From Eledone cirrhosa (taxonomy: Eukaryota): a stretch of DNA of 64,000 bases. Below, piece by piece: positions 12,900 to 26,537 of the stretch (position 1 is its first letter; every line of letters begins with the position of its first letter). The position numbers were made by a program, and so were the translations under genes. The notes below the pieces were generated by a model. The model had not been told where the DNA came from. It saw only the letters and a program-made list of their open reading frames with translations, and made no database searches. The stretch is from assembly GCA_964016885.1 (NCBI GenBank), contig OZ024751.1, forward strand, positions 41,106,001-41,170,000. The letters are read 5' to 3'.

Positions 12900-15800
12900 T
12901 TAAATCCACGAGTAAATACAAAACAAAAATTATCTTTGTGAAATATGTTAGAAATCATTCTCTGAGTTCTATCCTTGTGAAGACAGTTCTAATCATTGTT
13001 ACATATACAAGTTTCTTACAGATACACATTTCATTAATCATGACTTAAATCTTATCTCTTAAATTACTGACTAAATATTTACATTTATATGTTAAGTAAA
13101 ATATATATTTAAATCTTGCAACTATAATATTTGTTGGTTGTTATTTTCCGAAAAGTTAAAATTATGTTTCAAAATTAATTCACCACTAAAAACACTGTTC
13201 ATAACAAAATATTGTTTAATAAAATTGCCTCCATACATAATTTACAGAAACCTAAAGATAAACTTCTACATTTTGATGTACCCAAGAATTTTTTTTTTTT
13301 GTGACATGTTAAAAAGTGCCCAGTCTACACTGTAAAGTAGTTGTGTTGGTGACACGACAAAAAGCGCCCTGCCCACACTTTAAAGTGGTCATGTAGGTGC
13401 CATAATAAAAAGCACCCAGTCCGCACTATAAATGAGGGTTAGGGCATTTAGCCGTAGAAACCAAACCAAATCAGTTCTGTATGAGCAACACAGTCATCTG
13501 ACATGGCTTGTCTCACAAGGGAACAACCCTTCTAACCCATGCTAGCATGGAAAATAGACATTAAATGGTGGTGATGATGATTCCAGTAGCTTGGTTTTAG
13601 TGACAGTAGTCATATTTCGTTGATTGATCGATAAGGATCTCAAAGGTGTGTTTCCTTGCTGCCATGTTGTCGTGTCAAGTGTGTCACATGTTTGTTTTAG
13701 CCCCAGGTGAGCTGTAATCAAGTATATATATGATAAAATATATTCCAACCATGACCATCTCTTGTTTGTATGTACTACATTGTTTTTGGCAGAGTCACTA
13801 GGATGTTAGTGAGAATTCTTTATTCACTCCAGGTCAACTTTGCCTTTCATCCTTTTGTGGTCAATAAAAAAAGTACCAGTTAAATACTAGGGTATATTCT
13901 TCTTCTATATCGCTTTCTCATTTCTTCTTTATCACTGTCACTCTCTTTTTCTGGAAGAAATCTGCTATATGCAGGCTTGGAGAGGTGGGCTCAGCCAGGT
14001 TTTGAAATTTTTTAAATGCCCAAGAAACACCATATGTCACCACTTGGTAAGTAACTTAGGTCTGGGATCTTGTCAATTGATTCAATCAATTACTTAGTTA
14101 TTGATTTATGCATCATCATCCGCTTTCATTCACTTTTCTATTCTTGCATGAGTTTGATGGGTTTTTCCAACTCAGTTTCTGTCCACCTACTGCATTCCTT
14201 TCTTAAGAAACAAATAAATCAATTTTTGTTCCAACTGTTACACAGCTTAGTAGTCGGGTCATTAGGCTCATGATTGTAATACCAGGTATATCAAAGAGAA
14301 TCATCCAATTTAACATGGTGTTAAGAAGGCTATCCAGCTGTAAAAATCCCTGCCAAAATACAGTTCCATTTGAGCAAGGTACGGCGCGACCAACTAGCCA
14401 GACTTGTCACATAATGTGGATGACCTGTCTAACCCATACAAGCATGGAAAAATAGATGTTAAATGGTGCTGATGATATATGTATGTATGTAAATCAGATG
14501 ATTCTATTTGATACACCCTGTATTATGGTTTTATTCCCCAACCAAGTGGTGTATTGTGTTCTTGAGCAAAACACTTCTTTTTACAGCCTTGCTCCAATCA
14601 ACTCAGTTGAAAATGTGTACCAGCAGTAACTGGGGGAGGGGCTGTATTCTCCTGTGAAGGGCTGGCATCCTTATTATGGGTAGCCTTGTACTCTCAGTCA
14701 TTTAACACCAACGAAACCTTGATTATGAAGGTGCATGGCCTAATGTTTTTGATGTTTGATATACGATCGTAATGTTGTCAGTTCGATTACTAGACTAGCT
14801 ATTGCACTGTGTTCTTGAGCAAAACATGTTATTTCCCATTGCTCCAGTACACTCAGCTCAGAATGAGTACCAACGGTAGCTGGGAAGTTAATCCTTCGGG
14901 AGACCAGCATCCTATCCAGGGAGAGTCTTGTACTCTCAGTTACATAATACCAAGTAAACCAGGGACAAGCACAGGCCTGATGTGCTTTCGGCTTAGAACA
15001 GACTTGAACTAGCCCATGATATAAGCTCTGGTTAACAAACTAAATTGTTAATTATTGAATTATTCATCATATTAATAGAGAATAAAAGTTAGTGTTCATT
15101 TGATCATATTCTATTGATGAGCAAGTATATTGATTATGGTAAGTATATTGATTTGTACCGAGGTGGATATATGTTGATGCCCTAAGGACAGACACAGGTC
15201 TCTGGGAGACGCAGGACATGACAGCGATGATGAGGGACAGAGGCTGCTGGAGATAACTCGTCCATCGATCTCGGGAATTTTACCCATCCTAGATAGGTTG
15301 ATTTGTGATTTAGACACAAGGCTAGCAAATTAAATCAACTCGACTGATACTTTATATTGTCAACCACGGAAGGATGAAAGGCAAAGTTGACCTTGAAGGG
15401 ATTTGAACACAGAATGTAAAGAGTCAGAATAAATAACCGAAATGTCATTTTATCCGATCCTTTACTAATTCTACCAATCCATCACTCTTATGTTGTAGTA
15501 GTAGGATTTTACGATTGGGTGGGATGCGAAGATAAAAATTCTTACTAGTATTGTCATATAATATGTTGCATAAAATATAATTCGTTTTATGATTCACATA
15601 ATAGCTAAAACATTTATACGGTTCAAAAAGAATAAGTACGAAAGTGTGACTAATAAATATGTTCGGTAGCTCCGTATAATGATATGACATGGCTGAATAA
15701 TTACAGAATTTTTTCTCCGATGTCGATATTTTTCTCGCTTTGATAACACCAGTGACGAGTTTATATACATCAATAGTTGTTTCTGGAAATACTAACTACA

Positions 15801-16825
15801 ATGACCGTTCTAAATCTGTTTTATTAACACGTATGTAATGATATCAGCCAGTCTGTATTTTTAATTTATCTAACGTAAACACTTTATTGACATTGTTTTT
15901 ATTTATAACTTGTGTTATTAATTTTTAGAGCTAATTCTCTTTAAGACTTTCGTTATTAGTTTGGGTAATTGCTGGCCTTGTGCCTAAAGTAGAAACAGTT
16001 ATTAGTTGAGGATTTGGAACGAATTCTTAAATTGTCTTTAAAGGGCAAACTGTCAAAAATATTGCCCGCTCTTCTGATATTTTTGTGGTGAAACCTGAGC
16101 TAGTGGAGACTTCCAGCGATCTTGGCCCTTCTACCAGGTGTTACGACTGGTGGATAGTATTGAAGGATCAATGGAAACATTGTTTCCTTGGTTCAATTTG
16201 AAGAGTTCTGCTTCAGTCGGTAATCGAATAAGGTCTTCGTGTTGTTTATGCATTTCTTTACATATATACACACACAATTGAAATAGATGGGCTGCAGTTT
16301 GGATTTATTGCAGGCAGAGGTACTATTAATGCCATCTTCCTAGTGACACAATTAGAAAAATATTTAGCTAGGAATAAGTCCCTGTGCTTAGCATTTATTC
16401 ACCATTTTAGCCCCTATTAAAGTTAAGAATGTTTTCCTTTTAAATAATACAACTGATGCATCTTCGATATAAATGTATAGTTCTTATATATGATACAACA
16501 TATTTTATGAACATATTTGCTTATAAACTATATATATATATATATATATATATCATCATCATCATCATCATCACCGTTTTACGTCCGTTCTTCCACGCTA
16601 GCATGGGTTAGACGGGTTGTCCTGTTGTGGGCAGTGTCTGGTCGGCTGACCATGCCTTGCTCATACAGGAACTGATCTGGCTTGATTTCTACAGCTGGAT
16701 GCCCTTCCTAACACCAACCTCATTTACAGTGAGTGCTGGGTGCTTTTTCGTGGCGCCTACACGTCCACTTTACAGTGTGGGCTGGGTGCTTTTTTGCCGT
16801 GGCACCTCCACGACCACCTTGCGGT

Positions 16826-16859
<34 letters not shown>

Positions 16860-17573
16860 TATTGTTTATATGCTTCAGCATGTACCCATGGGAGGTCGGG
16901 TACCCTGTATTACTGCGTGACGCCAGAAGTCACGGTCGTGTGTCATTGACTTTGAGAGGTGTAGTTGGGTAAGGTCGGCTTTTATCACCTCATCCCAAGT
17001 CATCTTGGGTCTCCCCACTCCGCGGTTTCCATCAACTTCTAGTGCTCTGCACCTTTTTATGCAGCTGTCATCCTTCATACGCATCACATATATATATATA
17101 TAGTTTATAAGCAAATATGTTCATATATATCTATATATATAAACAATGAATCACAATTACTATATATATATATATATGTATATATACACACACATACAAA
17201 CATTTTCTTTCTTCCACAGCAGCCTTACACCATATCTTTTCATGTTTTTCAGATGTGCTGCCTGAGTGTTCCATTACAATCTGTAGTCAAAGAATGTTGA
17301 TTCCTCCACAACATCTGCTGCCTGTCATGTTTGGACAATCTATATTTTTTAGACTACATAGGATCCATTAAATATATCCACATTTATTAATGTGGAAATA
17401 CAGACCTTTGTCAACAACAACATCAGGTGTGTCTCATGAAGGAGACCCAGTCAGCAACAAATATTTGGGGGATAAGTAGAAAATATATCTACATTGTATA
17501 TTTCCCACGAGATCTCAGACAAGAAATTGAACTATAATAGATTATAATCACAGACAGTCATTTGCTAACTACT

Positions 17574-19316
17574 ATGGCAGATGTTAATCACTTGGACACT
17601 TCTAACACAACTATTTTAAACAATATAGATACATTTACACAGATATATAGTGGTGAGAAACCTTTACATAGTGAAACATGTACTGAACATGAAAATATTT
17701 CTGAATTTCATTGTGAGATTTGTAAGAAAACTTTCTCTTCAGAAGATGAAGTCTTCACGCATAAAGAAATACACAAAAGGGACAAACCTTTCAACTGTGA
17801 TATATGTGGGAAGGATTTTGTCTCTAAAAGCAAATTTGCAAAACACAAAATAGTTCACACCCGAGAAAAATTGTTTCACTGTGAAATATGTCAGAAATCA
17901 TTCAGCATGAAATCTAATCTTGTCCTTCACATACGTGGTCACACTGGAGAAAAACCATACCGTTGTGATATATGTGGGAAATCTTTTGTCTCTAATAGTA
18001 AATTAATACGACACAAAAAAATACACACTGGAGATAAACCCTGTCATTGTGAAATATGTGGGAAATCTTTCATAAATAATCCCAGCCTTGTCATCCACAA
18101 TCGTATTCATACTGGAGAAAAACCTTATAACTGTGAAATGTGTGGGAAATCGTTTGTCTCAAAGAGTATTTTAACAAGACACAAATTAATACATACTAGA
18201 GAGAAATTGTTCCACTGTGAAACATGTGGGAAATCTTTCATTGATAATTCAAAACTTCTGATCCACAAACGTAGTCACAGTGGAGAGAGACCATATAATT
18301 GTGAAGTATGTGAGAAATCATTTGTTTCTAGCAGTATTTTAATAAGACACAAAATAATTCACACTGGAGAAAGACCCTATTATTGTGAAATATGTGGGAA
18401 GTCATTTAGAAAAAACAGTAATTTAACAACACATAAACGAATACATACTGGAGAGAAACCTTTTCACTGTGAAATATGTGGGAAAGCATTCTCTGTTAAT
18501 TCAAGTCTTGTAGTTCACATAAGAACACACACTGGAGAGAAGCCCTATAATTGTGAAATATGTGAGAAATCATTTATTACTAACAGTGATTTAACAAAAC
18601 ATAAAAGATTACACTCTGGGGAACTATTACATTGTGAAATATGTGGGAAATCTTTTAACAGTAGCAGTCACTTGAAAATACACAAATATATACATACTGG
18701 AGAAAAATCATTTCATTGTGAAATATGTGGGAAATCATTTTCTGTTAATTCAAGTCTTGTTATCCACATACGTAGTCACACTGGGGAAAAGCCCTATAGT
18801 TGTGAAATATGTGGGAAAGCTTTTGTTATAAACAGTGATTTAACAAAACACAAAAGAATTCACACTGGAGAGAAACCGTTTCACTGTGAAATTTGTGGAA
18901 AATCTTTTGTCGAAAATTCGAAACTTGTTATCCACAAACGTAGCCATACTGGAGAAAAGCCATTTCACTGTGAAATATGTGGGAAATCTTTCTCTGTTAA
19001 TTCTCATCTTGTAGTTCATAAAAGAATACACACCGGAGAAAAACTGTTCCACTGTGAAATATGTAGGAAATCTTGTATTACTAACAGTCACTTAAAAATA
19101 CACAAACAAATACACACAGGAGAGAAACCGTTTCAATGTGAAATATGTGGGAAATCCTTCTCTATTAATTCCCATCTTGTAGTTCACAAAAGAATACACA
19201 CTGGAGAAAAACCCTTTAATTGTGATATATGTGGGAGATCATTTATTACTAACACTCTCTTGAAAAAACACAAACAAATGCACATTCGGGGAAAGATATT
19301 TAATTGTGAAACTTGA
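17574..19316 (+). CDS. C2H2 zinc-finger protein ZNF4, 580 aa from first ATG, 19 fingers
   Basis: Long uninterrupted finger array; ATG at 17574 (MADVNHLDT). Confidence 0.95.
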   Translation: MADVNHLDTSNTTILNNIDTFTQIYSGEKPLHSETCTEHENISEFHCEICKKTFSSEDEVFTHKEIHKRDKPFNCDICGKDFVSKSKFAKHKIVHTREKLFHCEICQKSFSMKSNLVLHIRGHTGEKPYRCDICGKSFVSNSKLIRHKKIHTGDKPCHCEICGKSFINNPSLVIHNRIHTGEKPYNCEMCGKSFVSKSILTRHKLIHTREKLFHCETCGKSFIDNSKLLIHKRSHSGERPYNCEVCEKSFVSSSILIRHKIIHTGERPYYCEICGKSFRKNSNLTTHKRIHTGEKPFHCEICGKAFSVNSSLVVHIRTHTGEKPYNCEICEKSFITNSDLTKHKRLHSGELLHCEICGKSFNSSSHLKIHKYIHTGEKSFHCEICGKSFSVNSSLVIHIRSHTGEKPYSCEICGKAFVINSDLTKHKRIHTGEKPFHCEICGKSFVENSKLVIHKRSHTGEKPFHCEICGKSFSVNSHLVVHKRIHTGEKLFHCEICRKSCITNSHLKIHKQIHTGEKPFQCEICGKSFSINSHLVVHKRIHTGEKPFNCDICGRSFITNTLLKKHKQMHIRGKIFNCET

Positions 19317-20039
19317 GATGTCTTCTCTTGGTGAACATGAAATATGTAGAGAACCAGTTAGTGGGTCACCGAGGAAAGGAAAGCAACTTTTGATAGCAAC
19401 CCATTTGAAACAACTTTGGATTCATGATATAGAACTCCTCATTTTAAAAGTGTTCATACTTAAATATTAAAATCTTCCATTATATTTTTTTAGAAATGTT
19501 TAAGTAATGCCCTAAATATCAACTTACTAATAAACATCATCATCATCATCATCGTTTAACGTCTATCTTCCACGCTAGCATGGGAGTTGTCCAACTGGAT
19601 GCCCTTCCTAACACCAACCACATTTACAGTGTGGAACAAATTAGTAATTTTATTAAACTCCTCCAAAAAGATTAGGATTCTAAATAAACTTATATTATTG
19701 TCATTTAATATTATTGCAAGGCATTGCTCATAGTACACTGTTGAAAAAACAAGTATGAGAGAGTCTCTAATAAAAAAAATAAAAAAATTTATGTAACTAG
19801 ATAAAACTGTTTCACCATTGTTGAATTCTTTCTTACTTTTTTCTTTCACTCTTTCTTTATATTCAAACTTTCAACTCATCTGTAATCATTAAGAATGTTT
19901 CCCATTTAAATAACAGAACCGATGTACTAAAAAGTTTCAGAAATACTTTATGTATTTATTGGCTTCTTTGTTATGTATTTCTTTTACATACATATACAGT
20001 TAAAACACCCAAACATTAACCGAATGAGCATTTAATATA

Positions 20040-20430
20040 TATATGGTAGTGAGACATGGGCAGCAACTGTGGAGAATATGCGACGGGTGAGGAGAATTGA
20101 AGCAAGTATGCTCCGATGGATGTGCAATGTCAATGTGCGTGAAAGATCAAATATAGACGAGTTGAATGTGAAACTTTGTATAAGAGGGATAAGCTGTAGT
20201 GTGCGGGAGAGAAGACTGTGTTGGTATTGACATGTGATGCACATGGAGGATGACTGCTGGGTAAAGAAATCCCAGTGGAAGGAAGACCATGAAAATCATG
20301 GGCGGGAGTAGTGAGAGCTGACCTCAGATCGCTGAAGCTCACAGAGGAGATGGCGACTGGAGAGATGCTGTGTTGAAAAGGACTCGTCTCACTCTTGCAA
20401 GCAAGAAAAAGCGAACGTAAAATGATGATA
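20040..20430 (+). mobile_element. RTE LINE 3' fragment
   Basis: YGSETW..., MLRWMCNV and RRL.WY.HVM-type motifs, ending in gcaagcaagaaaaagcgaacgtaaaatgatgat. Similar pieces at 16910-17085(-), 39110-39320 and 42400-42770. Confidence 0.7.
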
Positions 20431-21184
20431 TATATATATATAAGTAAACGGGGTATCATTTAAGGCAATCCAAGAAGAGGTTATGAGTACTCTGTACAGT
20501 AGATGGTTCTAAAGTTCGGCGTTGTTTGACTCGATACGATGTTTACTTAGTTTGGGTGGCTGATTCCAGACACTTCCTAGGCCGATTAAATACTGACTTG
20601 GCCTGTAGTGACCCGCCTAACCCATGTAAGCATGGACAACGGACCTAAAAATATGATCATGACACGCATTCATAATCATATATATATATATAGACAAATA
20701 TATAGTACTAGTAATTAGAGATCGATTATATATGAACAAATACAGCATGATCGATCAGACCTATAATCAAAGGTGTCTTAGACGGACCCATTCCGTTTTT
20801 CTCCCTTGTATATCAAGGACTACATTATTGAATATCTCAAGACACTAGGGTATCACTGAGGAGGATTTTTTTTACAATTTTATTTACCACGGGTTAAATA
20901 TAACCCAAGTTTTTTCTGAATGTATTAAATTACGTTAGGGACTTTTAACCAATATCACCGAGTTATTCAGGGGAGGCAACCACTTCTTATGTTTACAATT
21001 TCATCTAGTTATATCATTCGTAGTGATTGTCTCAGGTTAAGGTGAGCGTTGACATTTATGAATATTATAGGGTGACCTACATGTTGCAGAGTAAGTGTTT
21101 GATCAATTGTATTATTGAATATTTATTTTTATCACAAATAATACACGTATAACAGATTATAATCATAGATATTTCTCACTGACT

Positions 21185-22816
21185 ATGGATGATGTTAATC
21201 AGTTGGACACTTCTTTAAATAATATAGATACAGTTACACAGACATACAATGGCGAGAAACCTTTACCTAGTGAAACAATTACTAAACAAATACCTTTACA
21301 CGAAAATATTCCTGAATATCGCTGTGAGATTTGTAGGAAAATATTTTCGTCAGAACACGAAGTTTTCACACACAAAGAAATACACAACAGAGAAAATCCG
21401 TTTCGCTGTCAAATATGTGGGAAAGATTTTGTCTCTAATGGTAACTTAACAACACACAAATGTATACACGAGGGAGAAAAATTGTTTTGTTGTGAAATAT
21501 GTGGGAAATCTTTTTCGGTTAAGTCTACACTTGTTATACATATACGTAGTCACACCGGAGAAAAAACATTTCATTGTGAAATATGTAGGAAATCTTTTGT
21601 TAATAATAGTAATTTAAGAAGTCACAAAAGAATTCACACTGGAGAGAAATTGTTTCACTGTGGAATTTGTGGAAAGTTATTTGTTCAGAATTCTCATCTT
21701 ACTATTCATATACGTAGTCACACTGGAGAGAAACCCTACCATTGTGAAATATGTGGCAAAGCGTTTGACTCTAATATTAATCTAGCAACACACAAACGAA
21801 TACATACAGGAGAAAAAAACTACCATTGCGAAATATGTGGGAAATTGTTCTTTAGTAAGTCATATCTTGTAGTTCATAGACGTAGTCACACTGGAGAAAA
21901 ACCGCATCATTGTCAAATATGTGGCAAATCTTTTATTCATAATTCAAAACTTGTTATCCACAAACGTAGTCACACTGGGGAAAAACCATTTCACTGTGAT
22001 ATATGTGGGAAATCTTTCAGTAAGAATTCAAATCTTGCTACACACAAACGTCGCCACACTGGAGAAAAACACTATTATTGTGAAATATGTGGATTAACTT
22101 TTATCAACAATTGTGATTTAAACAGACACAAAAAAATTCACACTGGAGAAAAACCTTATTATTGTGAAATATGTGGAAAATCTTTCCTCTATAACAATTA
22201 TTTATCAATACACAAAAGAATACACACTGGAGAGAAACCATTTCACTGTGAAATATGTGGAAAATCTTTTGTCACTAGGAGTGACTTAACAAAACACAAA
22301 AGAGTTCACACTGGAGAGAAACCCTTCCACTGTGAAATATGTGGAAAATATTTCATTCAGAATCCCCATCTTGTAGTTCACAAAAAAACACACACAGGAG
22401 AAAACCCATTCTTCTGTGAAATATGTGAGAAATCGTTTTCTGTTAAATCTCATTTGGTAATTCACATGCGTAGTCACACTGGAGAAAAACCATATCACTG
22501 TGAAATATGCAGGAAATCTTTTATCTCTAACAGTAATTTAACAAAACACAAAAGAATACACACAGGAGAAAGACCATTCCACTGTGGAATATGTGGGAAA
22601 TCTTTTGGCAATAAAAGTGAATTAAATAGACACAAACGAATACACACTGGTGAAAAACCTTATGATTGCGAAATATGTGGGAAAGATTTTATCACAAATG
22701 ATCTCTTAACAAGACACAAAAAAATACACACTAGAGAAAAACTCTGTCATTGTGAAAAATGTGGGAAATCATTTAGAAGTGATAGAGACTTAAAAAGACA
22801 CAAACAAACACACTGA
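21185..22816 (+). CDS. C2H2 zinc-finger protein ZNF5, 543 aa, 18 fingers
   Basis: ORF with tandem fingers and the shared leader. Confidence 0.95.
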   Translation: MDDVNQLDTSLNNIDTVTQTYNGEKPLPSETITKQIPLHENIPEYRCEICRKIFSSEHEVFTHKEIHNRENPFRCQICGKDFVSNGNLTTHKCIHEGEKLFCCEICGKSFSVKSTLVIHIRSHTGEKTFHCEICRKSFVNNSNLRSHKRIHTGEKLFHCGICGKLFVQNSHLTIHIRSHTGEKPYHCEICGKAFDSNINLATHKRIHTGEKNYHCEICGKLFFSKSYLVVHRRSHTGEKPHHCQICGKSFIHNSKLVIHKRSHTGEKPFHCDICGKSFSKNSNLATHKRRHTGEKHYYCEICGLTFINNCDLNRHKKIHTGEKPYYCEICGKSFLYNNYLSIHKRIHTGEKPFHCEICGKSFVTRSDLTKHKRVHTGEKPFHCEICGKYFIQNPHLVVHKKTHTGENPFFCEICEKSFSVKSHLVIHMRSHTGEKPYHCEICRKSFISNSNLTKHKRIHTGERPFHCGICGKSFGNKSELNRHKRIHTGEKPYDCEICGKDFITNDLLTRHKKIHTREKLCHCEKCGKSFRSDRDLKRHKQTH

Positions 22817-24950
22817 AGAACAACATCATTGTGAAACATGTGGGAACTTATTTCTCATACAAAATTCATGTTAAATATAACCAAATATATCTTCTTCTTT
22901 GCTTACTTATTCCTGAGAGGGTCATGGGGGCAGAGACCTCAAACACTCCTTCCAGCAGGTCCTATCAGAAGCAACCGCCTTCAGCTGGATCCCCAAGCAT
23001 GACCAGCAAAGCTCATCTTGCTCTGGGTCTCCTGCTGCTTGGTTTTGCTCATAAAATCTGTTCAGCTATTCATTCCTGAGACATTCTAACCACATGCCCA
23101 TAGTATTGGAGCTTATCGCTCAATTCAGAGAAGTATTGGCTCTACCTGGAGTAACTCCCCGATCTCTGAGTTACACACTTTGAGTAATGTTACTCCAAAT
23201 ATATACAGGAAAAAAATAACAAAACTTGTTGAAAACATTCTTTATATATAGAAGTGAGAAGAAGAAATACGGGGGTTGGCTGAAAAGATACTCTCATGGA
23301 ATGACCAAACAAAGTTTATTTTTCAACATAGTCCCTAGAAAGAAACGATGCGGTTATTAAGAAGAGTTGAAATTAATGCATGCAAGATTTCACTGCATTA
23401 GCATCACTCCTTCAGTCAGCCTATGAACTTTTCAACTGATCCTTGTAACAGTAATTCATGTAAAATTATATCACTAAAGTTTGTGACAAAATATTCACAT
23501 CTCTATGTAAATTAAAATATATGAAAATTTTATATTTGTTGGTTGTTATTTTCTGAACAGTCACAATTATGTTTCAAAATTAATTCAGTTCTAAAAACAC
23601 TGATTTTAACAAGATATTGTTTAATAAAATTGTCTCCATACATAATTTACAGAAATCTAAAGATAGTGACTCCTACATTTTCACCTCCCAGACAGGCTGA
23701 GGTCTTTGTATCCTGCTTACATAGTCATTATTGAGTGCAGCGGAGAAGTTGTGTCTTTGACACAAACTGAAGGGTCCTTCTAACCCTTTTTTTGACAAGC
23801 TTTCCATGGTTGGATGCTTTTCCTAAAACCAGCCACTTTACAGTGTGTACTGGGTGCTTTTATTGTGGCGATCACCATCACCTAGAAAGGTTGTCATGAC
23901 CTTGTACAGTAGAACTGAACCCAGAACCAACACCTTAACCACTCAGCCATGCCTGGACCTAAAATTGTTTACATTTCTTAGAAAAAACACAAATGACTGC
24001 CTTTTGCTGAAGTAAACAAAGTCAAAGAAAAATATTCAAATGTCAATTTATTGTATTATTGAAATAAACAACTAAGAATATGAATGTAAAAATTTTATTT
24101 TATCACATATACTTTCAACCAAACTTAAGATTATAGGAATAACACCATTTAGTGTCCTTTTTTTCCAAGGTTGGATGGGTCGTTACAAACCAAGTTAGAA
24201 GGGCCAGCAGCCAAACTTTGCTTATATATTCTGGTTTCAGCATGGTTTTTACAGTTGGATGTCCGTCTTATTAGCAACCACTTTACTGGGTGTACTGTGT
24301 GTATTTTATCATGGCACCTGCATTAAAGATATTGTCATGTCTTTGATACAACTGAAGAATCAATCCTTCCTACAGCAAGGTTTCTACAGAAGAAGAATAT
24401 TATTGTATGTTTATATTTCAAAATATATTTTCTCCTTTTTACAAAGCTGTTTCAGTTAGACTAAATTAGTACTGAGCTCAGAGAAGCCAGTTGTTGCATC
24501 CCACTTCTGTGCATTTTATTCTGTTACCAACACTAGAAAGGTTGTCGAGCCCTTGACATACTTGAAGAGTCCTCTAGTTCCTTTCTGGCATGTCCTTCCT
24601 ATCACCAATCATCATTCTGAGTGTATTGGGTGCATTTTTCTTGGACCCAGCATTAAAGAAGTTGTGTCATGACTGATGGGTCCTTTCATGTAGCAAGCCA
24701 TCTCACCAATGTAGAATGGTTGTGGTTATATAACATACAGTATTTGGAGATTGTTATCACACTGTTATATCTTCTTTCCTGTATTGATGTATTTATGGTT
24801 AGGTGAGATTATTTTGTTCATAGACTGATACAGTTACTCATCTGTATGAGTACATACATTATCATCATCACTGTTTAACGCCCATTTGTCCATCCTAGCA
24901 TGGGTAGGTAAATAACCGTTTTGAGAGAACGATCTACTAGAAATATTCCC

Positions 24951-26054
24951 TCATGTATGAAGATATTTGTGTCTAGTTAAGTTACCTGCATGAGAAAATG
25001 ATTTACCACAAATATCACAGTGATATGGTTTCTCTCCTGTGTGAATATGTTTGTGTCTAGCTAGGTCACCAGATCGTGAGAATGATTTACCACAAATATC
25101 ACATTGATAAGGTTTCTCTCCTGTATGAATACGTTTGTGTATAGTTAAGGTATTTCCATCAGAAAAAGATTTATTGCAGATATCACAGTGATATGGTTTC
25201 TCTCCTGTGTGAATACGTTTATGTCTAGTTAAGGTATTTATTTGAGAGAATGATAAACCACATATATCACAGTGATATGGTTTTTCTCCGGTATGAATGC
25301 GTATGTGAGTAGTTAAGTGACTTACTACAGAGAATGATTTACCACATATATCACAATGATAAGGTTTCTCTCCTGTATGAATGCGTTTATGAGTAATTAA
25401 GGTACTTCCCTCAGAGAATGATTTACCACAGATCTCACAGTGATATGGTTTGTCTCCTGTATGAATACGTTTATGTATAGTTAAGTCGCCATTTAGAGAG
25501 AATGATTTACCACAGATATCACAGAGATATGGTTTCTCTCCTGTATGAATGCGTTTGTGTATAGTTAAGTTATTTCCATCAAAGAATGATTTATCACAGA
25601 TATCACAGTGATATGGTTTCTCTCCTGTGTGAATACGTTTGTGTATAGTTAAGGTATTTATTTGAGAAAATGATATACCACAGACATCACAGTGGTATGG
25701 CTTCTCTCCGGTATGAACGCGTATGTGAGTAGTTAAATGACTTACAATAGAGAATGATTTACCACAGATATCACATTGGTATGGTTTTTCTCCTGTATGA
25801 ATACGTTTGTGTTTAGTTAAATTACTTCCTTCAGAGAATGATTTACCACAGATATCACAGTGATATGGTGTCTCGCCTGTATGAATATGTCTGTGGCTTT
25901 TTAAATGACATTTCTGAGAGAATGATTTACCACAGATATCACAGTGATACGGTTTTTCTCCTGTATGAATACGTTTGTGAGTAGTTAAGTTACTTCTATG
26001 TGAGAATGACTTTTTACAAATATCACAGTGGTATGTCTTTCCTTTCTTTTCCAT
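24951..26054 (-). CDS. C2H2 zinc-finger protein ZNF6, 13 fingers (first in-frame ATG 26054)
   Basis: Tandem [11 protein letters not shown] fingers. The ORF-track start at 26141 is GTG; probable acceptor near 26288. Confidence 0.9.
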   Translation of the reverse strand: MEKKGKTYHCDICKKSFSHRSNLTTHKRIHTGEKPYHCDICGKSFSQKCHLKSHRHIHTGETPYHCDICGKSFSEGSNLTKHKRIHTGEKPYQCDICGKSFSIVSHLTTHIRVHTGEKPYHCDVCGISFSQINTLTIHKRIHTGEKPYHCDICDKSFFDGNNLTIHKRIHTGEKPYLCDICGKSFSLNGDLTIHKRIHTGDKPYHCEICGKSFSEGSTLITHKRIHTGEKPYHCDICGKSFSVVSHLTTHIRIHTGEKPYHCDICGLSFSQINTLTRHKRIHTGEKPYHCDICNKSFSDGNTLTIHKRIHTGEKPYQCDICGKSFSRSGDLARHKHIHTGEKPYHCDICGKSFSHAGNLTRHKYLHT

Positions 26055-26463
26055 ATCGTTAGCAAAATTAATCTTTTTATTGTGTTTCCCATTTAACCTG
26101 CTTCTTACATAATTAATTTTCCATAATTTGTCTTCTCTCACTACAGTATACAGATGTGTTCTTCTTTCTGTTCATATAACTTATTGCTATAATTCCATCA
26201 ACAGTGAATTTTGCTGATGTTTAATATTGGAAAGATGCTGCAAATTTATCTTATGTAAAAACTCCTGTGCTGGCAATACCATTTCATACGCTGAAATACC
26301 AGAAAAAAACTATAAGGCATAAGAATACTTATAAAATAGAGATTAAGTATTTGATATTGGGTATTCTTTCAGTATTAGTTCGTTGAGTTTCAGATTTAGA
26401 TTACATCTGGAAATTTATATTAGTGTTTATCAACGACATTGTATCTGTAACGTTATTTATGTG

Positions 26464-26537
<74 letters not shown>

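Noticed and set aside
16825-16857. Poly-G run as a functional G-quadruplex or Gly-rich protein
   Set aside because: Homopolymer at a SINE/LINE fragment junction; its length is unreliable.
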